Shown here piece after piece: positions 47,282-55,308 of a stretch of DNA of 64,000 nt. The stretch comes from Gemmatimonadota bacterium. Lineage in GTDB: Bacteria > Gemmatimonadota > Gemmatimonadetes > Gemmatimonadales > GWC2-71-9. The stretch's first letter is position 1; each line of letters starts with the position of its first letter. The notes beneath the pieces were generated by a model. It was given only the letters and a program-made list of their open reading frames with translations. It made no database searches and had not been told where the DNA came from. Location: the NCBI GenBank assembly GCA_016713435.1, contig JADJPD010000003.1, positions 282,121 through 346,120 on the forward strand, given 5' to 3'. The position numbers and the translations under genes are program-made.

Positions 47282-49725
47282 GGCGCCGGCCTCAGCGTCA
47301 GCGCAGCGCTCGACTCCCCCACCGCGCCCACGGTCCCGGGGGAGGTGAGGGGGGCGAGGTCGCCCTCGACCCAGAGCGGGAGGCGGTCGAGGTAGCGGCG
47401 GCTGGCGGGATTGCCTGACTGGCCACCGGGGTAGGTGCCCCAGGCGCGCACGCTGTCGCCCAGTTCCACCACCATGCGCCAGCTGGCGCCGAACCCGCCG
47501 CCGGCCGTGACCGGGTTGAGGGTGGTGCTGCCCCCCTGCACCGCGAGGCCGCCCGCACCGAAGCCCGGCAGGTGCAGCAGGTGGGGGATGCTCACCGTCC
47601 GCACGGCGCCCCAGCGCCAGCCGTCGCCGGCGGGATCGCCGTGGCGCTCGCGGACGGCGTGATACGCGGCCACGAGCGCCTCGGCGAGGACGTCGTCGCG
47701 GTCCTCCACGCGCGACGTCGACGGGTGATCCCACCACTTGCTCGCCGGCACCGCGAGGAGCCGCCAGGCCAGCACGAGGGCGGGCCGCGGGACGGCGCGC
47801 CGCGACCCGGTGCCGTCGCCCGCGAGCTCGTCCCAGAGGCGCTCCTGCAGCGCATCGACGGCGGCCTCGAAGAGCACGGCCCGGCGATTGTCCACCGTGA
47901 ATTCGCCGTTCCACTCGGCGAGGAGCGCCGCGGCGCGCGCGAGGGTGTCGCTGCCCGCCCGCGCTGCCGCCGCCGCCAGGAAGGCGGGGACGAAGCGCTC
48001 GGCGGCGGCGCTCCGCGGGTCCGTCTGGAAGCGGCGCATGTCGTCCACCGTCACCGTGTCGTGGCTGCGGAGGAGGGCGTTGATGCGGAGCGCGCGCCAG
48101 GGCGAGAGCCAGCCCGCGCCCAGGTAGCGGGGGAACTCGGCCGGGTCCACGGGCTGCTGGTTGGCGGAGGCCACGAAGCCCTGCGGGGGATCCTGCGCCT
48201 GCGGCATCTCGGCCACCGTCCAGTCGCCGGCCCAGTCGGTGGCGGAGGTGTCGCCGCGGAGGTAGTGGTCGCCGCGGGCGGTGGGGCGGCGGGGAAAGCG
48301 GCCGGTGGAGCGGAGGGCGATGTGGCCGGCCCGGTCGGCCACCAGCAGGTTCTGCGGGGGCGCGGCCCAGGCGCGCATGGTGGCGAGCCACGCCCGCGCG
48401 TCGGCGGCGCGCGCCGCGGCGGCGAGCGCGTCGAGCGCCGGCGCCGCCTCCAGCACCGTCCAGCGGAGCGACACCCAGCGCCCGTCGGCTCCACGGGTGA
48501 GCGGCCCCCGGTGGGTGAAGCGGAGGGTGTCCACGGCCAGCACGGCGCCGCCGGGACCGCGGTAGGTCTCGACCCGGGTGCGGAGCGGGCGCCAGGTCCC
48601 GTCGAGGCGGTAGCGCGCGGGGCGCGTGGCGTCGTCCACCACCTCCAGCCAGCGGTCCTGCAGGTCCGCCTCGACGTTGGTGAAGGTCCACGCGAGCTGC
48701 CGCGTGAAGCCGATGACGATGGCGGGCGCCCCGGGGATGGTGACGCCGTGGACGTCGAGCGAGTCCGGCACCACCAGGTGCGCCTCGTACCAGATGGAGG
48801 GGAGGGTGAGCTCGAGGTGCGGGTCCCCGGCCAGCAACGCGTGGCCCGTGGCGGAGCGGCGCGGGCCCACCGCCCAGTTGTTGCTGCCCAGGGCATGGTC
48901 ACTCGCCGGCGCGCCCGCCGGCTCCATGGCGAGCACGGTGTCGGGCGCGGGGGGACCGGGCTCGGGCACCGGCTCCGTGCCCGCGCGGGGCGCGCCGAGG
49001 CCGCTGGGCTGGATCGGTTCCTGGAGCGGGCTCTCCACCGGGTAGAGGAAGTCGGCGGCGGCCGGGCCCACGAGCGCCGCGGCGGCGGCCTTGCGCCGCT
49101 CGAGGTCGCTCTGGGTGAGCACCCAGCCCATGCGGTTGAAGAGGTGGAGCGCGTTCTCCGGCGCCCAGCGCGCGGGCCGCCGGCCGAGCAGGCGGTACTC
49201 GAGCGGCAGCTGGGCGCGGGCCAGCTGGTCGATCCAGGCATTCACGCCGTCGGCATACGCCTCGATGAGGCGGCGGCCGCGGGTGGTGTCGCCGAGGGCG
49301 GCGAGGCTCCGCTCCGCGGCGTCGGGGAGGCCGAGGGCGCGGGTCTCCTGGTCGAGCGGCAGGGCGCGGGCGCCCACCAGCTCGGTGAGGGTCCCCGCCC
49401 CGGCGCGCGCCTGCAGTTCGAGCTGGAAGAGCCGGTCGCGCGCCACCACGTACCCGAGGGCGCGGATGGCATCGAGCTCGCCGGCCGCGAAGATGTGGGG
49501 GACGCCGCGGGCGTCGTAGCGCACCTCCACCGGTGCGCCGAGATGCGGGATGTCCGCGAGGGCGTGCGCGGGCAGCTCGGCGGTGCGGGCCACCGCGAAG
49601 ACGCCGTGCGCCGGGTCCAGGAACGGCCCCAGCCGGGGAAGCGACCCCGGCGCGGCGAGCGAGAGGCCCCCCAGCACCCCGAGCACGAGGGCGGCGGCGG
49701 CCGTCCCCGCGCGGGCGGGCGTCAC
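47278..49725 (-). CDS. Penicillin/AHL acylase family protein (peptidase S45, Ntn hydrolase)
   Basis: DARGVPHIFA, RDRLFQLE, the autoprocessing/nucleophile site GSNNWAV, LAGDPHL and YEAHL. The GTG start overlaps the upstream rhodanese stop (GTGA at 49722-49725). Confidence 0.85.
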   Translation of the reverse strand: MTPARAGTAAAALVLGVLGGLSLAAPGSLPRLGPFLDPAHGVFAVARTAELPAHALADIPHLGAPVEVRYDARGVPHIFAAGELDAIRALGYVVARDRLFQLELQARAGAGTLTELVGARALPLDQETRALGLPDAAERSLAALGDTTRGRRLIEAYADGVNAWIDQLARAQLPLEYRLLGRRPARWAPENALHLFNRMGWVLTQSDLERRKAAAAALVGPAAADFLYPVESPLQEPIQPSGLGAPRAGTEPVPEPGPPAPDTVLAMEPAGAPASDHALGSNNWAVGPRRSATGHALLAGDPHLELTLPSIWYEAHLVVPDSLDVHGVTIPGAPAIVIGFTRQLAWTFTNVEADLQDRWLEVVDDATRPARYRLDGTWRPLRTRVETYRGPGGAVLAVDTLRFTHRGPLTRGADGRWVSLRWTVLEAAPALDALAAAARAADARAWLATMRAWAAPPQNLLVADRAGHIALRSTGRFPRRPTARGDHYLRGDTSATDWAGDWTVAEMPQAQDPPQGFVASANQQPVDPAEFPRYLGAGWLSPWRALRINALLRSHDTVTVDDMRRFQTDPRSAAAERFVPAFLAAAAARAGSDTLARAAALLAEWNGEFTVDNRRAVLFEAAVDALQERLWDELAGDGTGSRRAVPRPALVLAWRLLAVPASKWWDHPSTSRVEDRDDVLAEALVAAYHAVRERHGDPAGDGWRWGAVRTVSIPHLLHLPGFGAGGLAVQGGSTTLNPVTAGGGFGASWRMVVELGDSVRAWGTYPGGQSGNPASRRYLDRLPLWVEGDLAPLTSPGTVGAVGESSAALTLRPAP

Positions 49726-50270
49726 GGGTGGTGCGCGCTCTTGAGCAGGCGGCCCCACCAGAAGTTGATGGGATGCACGGCGGTGGTGGGCCCGGCGTCG
49801 TCCACGACGGGGTGGCCCTCGTTGACCCAGCGGAAGAGGCCACCCTCGAGGTGGGACACGCGCGTGAAGCCGGCCTCGCTGAGGCCCGACACCATGGCGG
49901 CGCCGAGAAGGCCGGGGCCGTCGTACACCACGAGCGGGGTCTCCGGCGTCACGCGCCGGAGGCCCGCGAGGTCGGGCGCCGCCGGGTCCACGTTCACCGC
50001 GCCGTCGATGTGGCTCATCCGGTACTGCTCCGGCGGGCGGAAATCCACGAGGAGCGGCGGCGGGCGATTGGGATCCCGGGACCACGCCACCAGCTCGTCC
50101 GGGGAGACGCGGCGCACCGTGCTGAACTTGGCCGTCACGGCCTTCCGCACCGCGAGGCTCCCGAGGGGACTGCCGTCCCAGAGGAAGCCCAGCAGCACGA
50201 GGGCCAGCACCCCGAAGAAGACGTAGGTACGGACCGGGAACCGCTTGCCGGACGGAGGGCTCTTGGCCAT
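49722..50270 (-). CDS. Membrane-anchored rhodanese-like protein with the catalytic Cys replaced by Asp
   Basis: N-terminal TM helix, then a rhodanese pattern LLVDFRPPEQYRMSHIDGAVNV ... PLVVYDGPGLLGAAM ... LEGGLFRW. Asp occupies the position of the active-site Cys. Confidence 0.75.
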   Translation of the reverse strand: MAKSPPSGKRFPVRTYVFFGVLALVLLGFLWDGSPLGSLAVRKAVTAKFSTVRRVSPDELVAWSRDPNRPPPLLVDFRPPEQYRMSHIDGAVNVDPAAPDLAGLRRVTPETPLVVYDGPGLLGAAMVSGLSEAGFTRVSHLEGGLFRWVNEGHPVVDDAGPTTAVHPINFWWGRLLKSAHHP

Positions 50271-50316
50271 GGCGTGCGTGGGTGAGGGTCGGCTCAAGGT
50301 GTCGGGGCGCCGCGCC

Positions 50317-50844
50317 TTACGGAAGGGCCCCGCGATGGGCGGGCGCCAGCGCCAGCCGCCACAACGGTCCCACCGGATGCACGAGCGGCGTGGCGCCCCC
50401 GGCGTTGACCAGCGGCCGGCCGGCATTGGCCCAGGCAAAGATGCTGCCCGCGAGCACGCGGACGTCGCTGAAGCCGGCCGCTTGGAGCTGGCGGGCGGCG
50501 GCGGCGGCGCGCACGCCCACGGCGCAGTAGGTCACCACCGGCGTGGCCCGCGGCAGCGCCAGCACCTCCGCCGGCAGCTCGCCCGGCGGCAGGCGCCGCG
50601 CGCCGGGGAGGTGGCTGACGGCAAACTCGGGGGCCTCACGGACGTCGAGCAGGACCGGCGGCGCAGAGCCCGCCAGCTCCCCGGCCAGCGCCTCAGGCTC
50701 CACCCAGCGGAGTTCCGGCTTGCCCCGGCCCACCAGCCAGGTGACGGCGCCAAAGACCAGCGCCCGCCCGCCGACCGCCAGGGCGAGCGCCACCGCCGCG
50801 GCCACACCCGCCGCCACCCAGCCCGCCGTCCGCAGTGCCGCCAT
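50317..50844 (-). CDS. Membrane-anchored rhodanese-domain sulfurtransferase-like protein (active-site Cys present)
   Basis: N-terminal TM helix. VLLDVREAPEFAVSHLPGARRL ... PVVTYCAVGVRAAAAA ... LAGSIFAW. Confidence 0.8.
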   Translation of the reverse strand: MAALRTAGWVAAGVAAAVALALAVGGRALVFGAVTWLVGRGKPELRWVEPEALAGELAGSAPPVLLDVREAPEFAVSHLPGARRLPPGELPAEVLALPRATPVVTYCAVGVRAAAAARQLQAAGFSDVRVLAGSIFAWANAGRPLVNAGGATPLVHPVGPLWRLALAPAHRGALP

Positions 50845-50924
50845 CCGCCCCCCGGTTCATGAATGACGCAGGCCGGACCCCGACGGGAGTCCGGCCTCAG
50901 TTTACGCGGGTCCGGGCGTGCTGC

Positions 50925-51452
50925 CTAGCGCCGGCCTCGCCCGCCGCCGCCCTGGTTCCGGTCGTCCAGCTTCCGGGTCTTGGCCAGGACCTCGGCCTGC
51001 TTGGTGGCCATGCGGATCATCCGCTCGGGGCTCTGCGCCTTCATGATCTCGCGGGGCTTGCCCGCGGAGAAGGTCACCTTGCCGTCGGCGAGCTCGGCGG
51101 TGAGGGGACGGCCCGTGGTCAGCTCGAAGCAGCCGAGCACGTTCTCGCCGGCGCCCTGGGCAGTGCGGATCCGCTCCTCGAGCGCCTCGCGGCTGGGCAG
51201 GCCCTCGACGGTGGCCGGCGGATTCCCCACCGGGGCGATCTTCTGCACGAGAATCGCCACCTTGGCCCCGCTCAGCGACGGGGCGGTGCGAACGTCCTTG
51301 CCGCCCACTTCCTGGGCCCAGCGGATGGCCTCACGCTCGGCGGGGGTGGTGGTGCGCGAGGACGCGGCGGGCGCGGCCTTGGCAGCCCCGGGCGCCTTCT
51401 GCCGCTCCTGGGTGCGCTTGAGCGCCTTGATGTAATCGGGTTCGTCGGACAC
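50925..51452 (-). CDS. Hypothetical protein (175 aa) with a C-terminal Gly/Arg tail
   Basis: GTG start preceded by AAGGAG about 8 nt upstream. Strong position-3 G/C bias with aag/gag usage. The protein ends in DDRNQGGGGRGRR. I recognise no family. Confidence 0.65.
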   Translation of the reverse strand: MSDEPDYIKALKRTQERQKAPGAAKAAPAASSRTTTPAEREAIRWAQEVGGKDVRTAPSLSGAKVAILVQKIAPVGNPPATVEGLPSREALEERIRTAQGAGENVLGCFELTTGRPLTAELADGKVTFSAGKPREIMKAQSPERMIRMATKQAEVLAKTRKLDDRNQGGGGRGRR

Positions 51453-51546
51453 GGTCCGGTCTCCTTCGGAATAACGTCAAAATTGGGACGCCCAAGATAA
51501 ACCCGCCGGAAGACCGGGGCCATGCCCGGGGGAGGAGCCGACGGGA

Positions 51547-52002
51547 TCAGGGACCCGCGGGCGGGGGATACACTTCACAATGCATCCCCCGGTCGCTGTG
51601 GAGCACGCAGAACGCGCCCGGCCGGCCCCAGCGGCGCACCCAGTCGCTCATCACGGCGCGGTCGCCGGGGCTGAAGCGGGGGGCGGGGGCGGCATCGTCG
51701 GTGCTCCGGACGTGCGTGTGGATGGTGCCGGCCCAGGCCGGCGTGCCGCAGCGGGCCAGCGACTCCTCGGCCGCCGCGTTCAGCGAATCCCCGGCCTGCG
51801 GCAGCGGCATCACCAGGCGCACCCGCACCGTATCCGCCCCGACCTCCGCGGCCACGCACGCCACGTACTCCACCCGCGCGGCGGCACTCCGCTCCCAGAG
51901 GGCGGTGAGGCTGTCCCCCACGCCCTTGCCCAGCACCCACCTGGGCTGCTGGGCGGCGAGCGGCGTGGCGAACAGGGCGAGGGCGAGGATGGTGAGCTTC
52001 AT
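51547..52002 (-). CDS. Secreted hypothetical protein with a JAMM/MPN-like HxH...SxxD pattern
   Basis: Signal peptide MKLTILALALFATPLAAQ. Contains VEYVACVAAEVG ... GTIHTHVRSTDDAAPAPRFSPGD. The functional call is tentative. Confidence 0.55.
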   Translation of the reverse strand: MKLTILALALFATPLAAQQPRWVLGKGVGDSLTALWERSAAARVEYVACVAAEVGADTVRVRLVMPLPQAGDSLNAAAEESLARCGTPAWAGTIHTHVRSTDDAAPAPRFSPGDRAVMSDWVRRWGRPGAFCVLHSDRGMHCEVYPPPAGP

Positions 52003-52094
52003 GGGGCAGAGGTCGGCGGCGGGAAGACTCAACGGAGCAGCGCCGAGGGCGCGAGGGGCCGGCCAGCCAGGCCCCGCGACGCGCTCCCACAGCC

Positions 52095-52544
52095 TCACCG
52101 CTTCGTCACCATCGCCCAGAGGCCATAGAAGAGGACGGCGGTGTCGGCCCAGCCGATCACCGACCAGCGCAGGAACAACTTCCGGATCTGCGCCGGGTCG
52201 GTCGCCTTCTCCATCTTGAGCTGGTCGGGAATGAGGACCACCGCCCACGCCAGCGTGGCCAGCGAGAGCGCGATGATGCCGTGCAGCAGCCACGGCGTCC
52301 CGAGGAAGGGGAAGCCGGAGCGGAGCGCCATCCAGACCCCGGTGATGCTCAGGAGCGCCCCCCCGCCGAGGGTGAAGACCAGGTCCGTCAGCAGGATGGC
52401 CCGCGCGATCGGCGCGAAGGGCATCCCCTCGTCACGCCAGTGCCGGTAGAGGTAGAGGCTCCACACGCCGGTGACGGTGACGTTCCCGAGGAGCAGGATC
52501 CCCCCGATGATGTGGACCCACTTGAGGACCAGGTAATCAACCAT
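52095..52544 (-). CDS. Small integral membrane protein (4 TM; DUF2269-like)
   Basis: MVDYLVLKWVHIIGGILLLGN... with four hydrophobic segments. The start overlaps the acyltransferase stop by 8 nt. Confidence 0.7.
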   Translation of the reverse strand: MVDYLVLKWVHIIGGILLLGNVTVTGVWSLYLYRHWRDEGMPFAPIARAILLTDLVFTLGGGALLSITGVWMALRSGFPFLGTPWLLHGIIALSLATLAWAVVLIPDQLKMEKATDPAQIRKLFLRWSVIGWADTAVLFYGLWAMVTKR

Positions 52545-53292
52545 TGCGGTGGTCGAAGGGCCCCTCGAGGGAGCCGATGAAGTGGCGCACCCGGTCGAGC
52601 CGCTTGTTGATGGAGAGCGGCCCCTGGAGCAGGTGCGTGAAGCGGTCGAGACGCTCCCCCGCGAGGAGGGCGTCGAGCTCGGCGAGAGTGGCGGTGAGGC
52701 GTGCCTCCATCGTGAGGTTCAGTGCCTGCCGGGCCGCCCGGGGCGTGGTGCCGGTCGCCGGCACCGGGGCCACCAGCGGCTCCCCGAGCCAGATGAAGGC
52801 CTCCGGCAGCTGCTCGCCCAGATAAGTGTAGCGCAATGCCACCGGCTGGATCAGGAGCGGGCCCGCGTGGCCGAGCGCCAGGTGCGCCGCCCCGCGCTCG
52901 GTGGCGGTCACCGGCGCCGATGCCGGGTGCCGGCGGCCCTGCGGGAAGAGCCAGAGCCCGCTGCCGGGCACGAGGCAGGACCGCGCCGCCTCGAGGTCGG
53001 CGTAGGCGCCGGTGGCCGAGGTGCGCCGCATGGGCAGGGCGCCGACCCGGCGGAACACCGGGTAGCGGGCCAGTTCCCCGGCGTCCATCAGGACCTGGAA
53101 GTGGAGCCCGAGGTGCCGGTTCACCAGCACCCCGAGGAAGCCGTCCCACCAGTTGGTGTGGTTGGCGAGGAAGAGCACCGGCGCCCGCGCCAGGCGCGCC
53201 GGATCCGGCGCCTGCGCCGCGCCGAGCCAGATCCCGGCAAAATGCGCCCGCGCCAGCCGCCGCGTGTACCACGCGAACAGCCGCGCGGCCAC
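52537..53292 (-). CDS. Lysophospholipid (PlsC-type) acyltransferase family protein
   Basis: HX4D motif in FLANHTNWWDG and a second block LWLFPQGRR. The start is uncertain: GTG 53292, or CTG 53318 overlapping the crtB stop. Confidence 0.7.
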   Translation of the reverse strand: MAARLFAWYTRRLARAHFAGIWLGAAQAPDPARLARAPVLFLANHTNWWDGFLGVLVNRHLGLHFQVLMDAGELARYPVFRRVGALPMRRTSATGAYADLEAARSCLVPGSGLWLFPQGRRHPASAPVTATERGAAHLALGHAGPLLIQPVALRYTYLGEQLPEAFIWLGEPLVAPVPATGTTPRAARQALNLTMEARLTATLAELDALLAGERLDRFTHLLQGPLSINKRLDRVRHFIGSLEGPFDHRNG

Positions 53293-53315
53293 CGGATGCG
53301 GCGGGCCGGGCGGGC

Positions 53316-54224
53316 TCAGGCGGTGGGCACCGGCTCGGGGAGGCGGCGGGGGGCGATGCGGTCGGCGTAGACCGCGCGGCCAAGGATCACGAGCTTCCGC
53401 CGGAAGGGGACGTAGGCACGGGCACGGAACACATCGTAGTCCATCCGCACGATCTCGTCGAGGATCCCGGCGTAGGTCCGCTCCAGCAGCCGCACGGTGA
53501 GGCGCGAGCCGTCGTCGGGAAAGAGGGGCACCACCCGGTCCGCCGCGGTGAAGTGCTGGCGGGCGCGGTTCACCTGGAAGGCCAGGAAGTCGCGGAGCCG
53601 CGGCGTCAGGCGCCGCGCCTCGAGGTCCGCCTCCGTGAGGCCCCAGGCGCGGAGCTCGTCGGCGGGGAGGTAGATGCGGTCGTTGTCGAGGTCCTCGCGC
53701 ACGTCGCGCAGCACGTTGGTGAGCTGCATGGCGAGCCCCACCTCGAGCCCGGCGTGATCCAGCTCGTGCGTGGCCGCCCCCAGCACCGGGCCGATCATGA
53801 GCCCCACCCCGCCCGCCACGAACCGGCAATACCGGTGCAGCGTGGCCAGGTCGGGGATGCGCACCTGCCCGAGGTCCATCTCCACCCCGTCGATGAGCTC
53901 GAGCAGCGGCGTGAGCGGGACCGGGTAGCGGCGGAGCGTGTCGTGGAGCGCCAGCCAGCGCGCATCGGCGGGACGCGCGCCCGCATGGAGCCGGCGGACC
54001 AGGTCGCGGAGCCCGTCCAGCTCCGCGCGCACCGTCGCGGCGGGCTGGTCGCCGCGATCGTCCACCAGGTTGTCGGCGTGGCGGCAGTAGTCGTAGATCG
54101 CGAAGATCGCCCGCTTCTTGGCCGGGGGCAGGAAGCGGCTGGCAAAATGGAAGCTCTTGGCCCACCGGGCGGTCATCGCCTCGGCGCGCTGGTAGCTCCA
54201 CTCCAGCTCGAGGTCGCGGTGCAT
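53316..54224 (-). CDS. crtB: Phytoene/squalene synthase family enzyme (CrtB-like)
   Basis: SFHFASRFLP, YDYCRHADNLVDD (first Asp-rich motif) and NVLRDVREDLDNDRIYLP (second Asp-rich motif). Confidence 0.85.
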   Translation of the reverse strand: MHRDLELEWSYQRAEAMTARWAKSFHFASRFLPPAKKRAIFAIYDYCRHADNLVDDRGDQPAATVRAELDGLRDLVRRLHAGARPADARWLALHDTLRRYPVPLTPLLELIDGVEMDLGQVRIPDLATLHRYCRFVAGGVGLMIGPVLGAATHELDHAGLEVGLAMQLTNVLRDVREDLDNDRIYLPADELRAWGLTEADLEARRLTPRLRDFLAFQVNRARQHFTAADRVVPLFPDDGSRLTVRLLERTYAGILDEIVRMDYDVFRARAYVPFRRKLVILGRAVYADRIAPRRLPEPVPTA

Positions 54225-54314
54225 TGCGGCCCTCCTATCTGGCCGCGGGGGCGGCCGAGCCGATGGCCGGCCTCACCCCGGGAACACCGGGGGAAGGCGG
54301 CCTGGCGGGTGCGG

Positions 54315-55211
54315 TCAGTTGCGGTTGACGAAGCGCGCGGGTTCGGGCTGGATGTCCGGGATGGCATGCTCGCCCACCTTGAGGCCGGCGCGGCGGAGCC
54401 GCGAGCCGTTGGCCTCGGCGCCCTGGCCGCCGAGCACCACGAGGGTGCCGGGGGGCAGGAGGCGCGGCAGCCGGCGCAGTTCGCTGATGCGCTGCTCCAC
54501 GTTCTCCGGGTCGGCCGCCGAGAGGGCGACGACCTGCGGCATGAGCGTCCACGCCGCCTCCACCACGTCCTTGGTGGGCAGGTTGGGCCCCAGGTAGTGC
54601 ACCCGCCAGCCCTTCACCTGCAGGGCGGTGAGCGTCACCAGGAAGCCCCACTCGTGCTGCTCACTCGCCAGGCAGGCGGCCAGCAGCACCGGGCCGGACG
54701 CGTGGATCTTGGCCAGGTCCAGCTTGAGCTGGGCCACCACCACCTCGCTGGCCATGTGCTCGGCCGCCACGCTGAGCTTGCCGAGCGCCCACAAGTCGCC
54801 GATCACCTCGCCGAGCGGCAGGATGATCTCGCGGCCAAAACGGTCGAGGGGCAGCTGCGCCCGCTGCTCCGCCAGCAGGCGGCCCAGCTCCTCACGATCC
54901 AGGCGCTTCACCGCCTCGAGCATCCGCTGCAGCGGCGAGCCGTCGGTGGCCTTCCCCTCCGCCCGCGCGATCACCGACTCGCGCGGCTCCTTGACCAGGT
55001 CGCCGATCCGCTCGCCGGCGCCGCACAGCCGGGCAAAGGCGCGCAGCAGCGCCACCTGCTCCGAGGTGTACGTGCGGTAGCGGTTGGGCTGGCGGGTGGG
55101 CCTGACAACCTCGTACCGCCGTTCCCAGGCCCGCAGCCGGGCCGTGGCCAGGCCCGTCAGTTCTGCGACCTCGTGAATCTCGTATGTCCGGTTTCCGACA
55201 ATTCCACTCAT
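54315..55211 (-). CDS. MerR-family regulator with a C-terminal cobalamin-binding domain (CarH/LitR-like)
   Basis: N-terminal MerR HTH ([24 protein letters not shown]). W-x9-EH ([12 protein letters not shown]) and E-x-H-x2-G (EQHEWG) motifs are characteristic of B12-dependent photoreceptor repressors. Confidence 0.8.
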   Translation of the reverse strand: MSGIVGNRTYEIHEVAELTGLATARLRAWERRYEVVRPTRQPNRYRTYTSEQVALLRAFARLCGAGERIGDLVKEPRESVIARAEGKATDGSPLQRMLEAVKRLDREELGRLLAEQRAQLPLDRFGREIILPLGEVIGDLWALGKLSVAAEHMASEVVVAQLKLDLAKIHASGPVLLAACLASEQHEWGFLVTLTALQVKGWRVHYLGPNLPTKDVVEAAWTLMPQVVALSAADPENVEQRISELRRLPRLLPPGTLVVLGGQGAEANGSRLRRAGLKVGEHAIPDIQPEPARFVNRN

Positions 55212-55245
55212 GGCAAACGCCTCGGCGAGACGGCTGTGTATAGTC

Positions 55246-55274
55246 TTGGCTAGAGCAACCTTGGACAGTATAAC
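55246..55274 (+). promoter_or_regulatory. Candidate promoter TTGGCT-17 nt-TATAAC in the carH/tkt divergent region
   Basis: Hexamers at 55246-55251 and 55269-55274 with a hand-counted 17-nt spacer, in a locally low-GC stretch. No other support. Confidence 0.35.
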
Positions 55275-55308
55275 CGACCCTCACACCCCCCGCCAGCACC
55301 CGTTAGTA

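Noticed and set aside
55210-55308. ATG 55210 as the transketolase start (longest ORF).
   Set aside because: It would overlap the divergent carH-like start codon and translate through a low-GC, promoter-like region. The result is an N-terminal extension of about 33 aa with no resemblance to transketolases, whose conserved region starts near ...[12 protein letters not shown].
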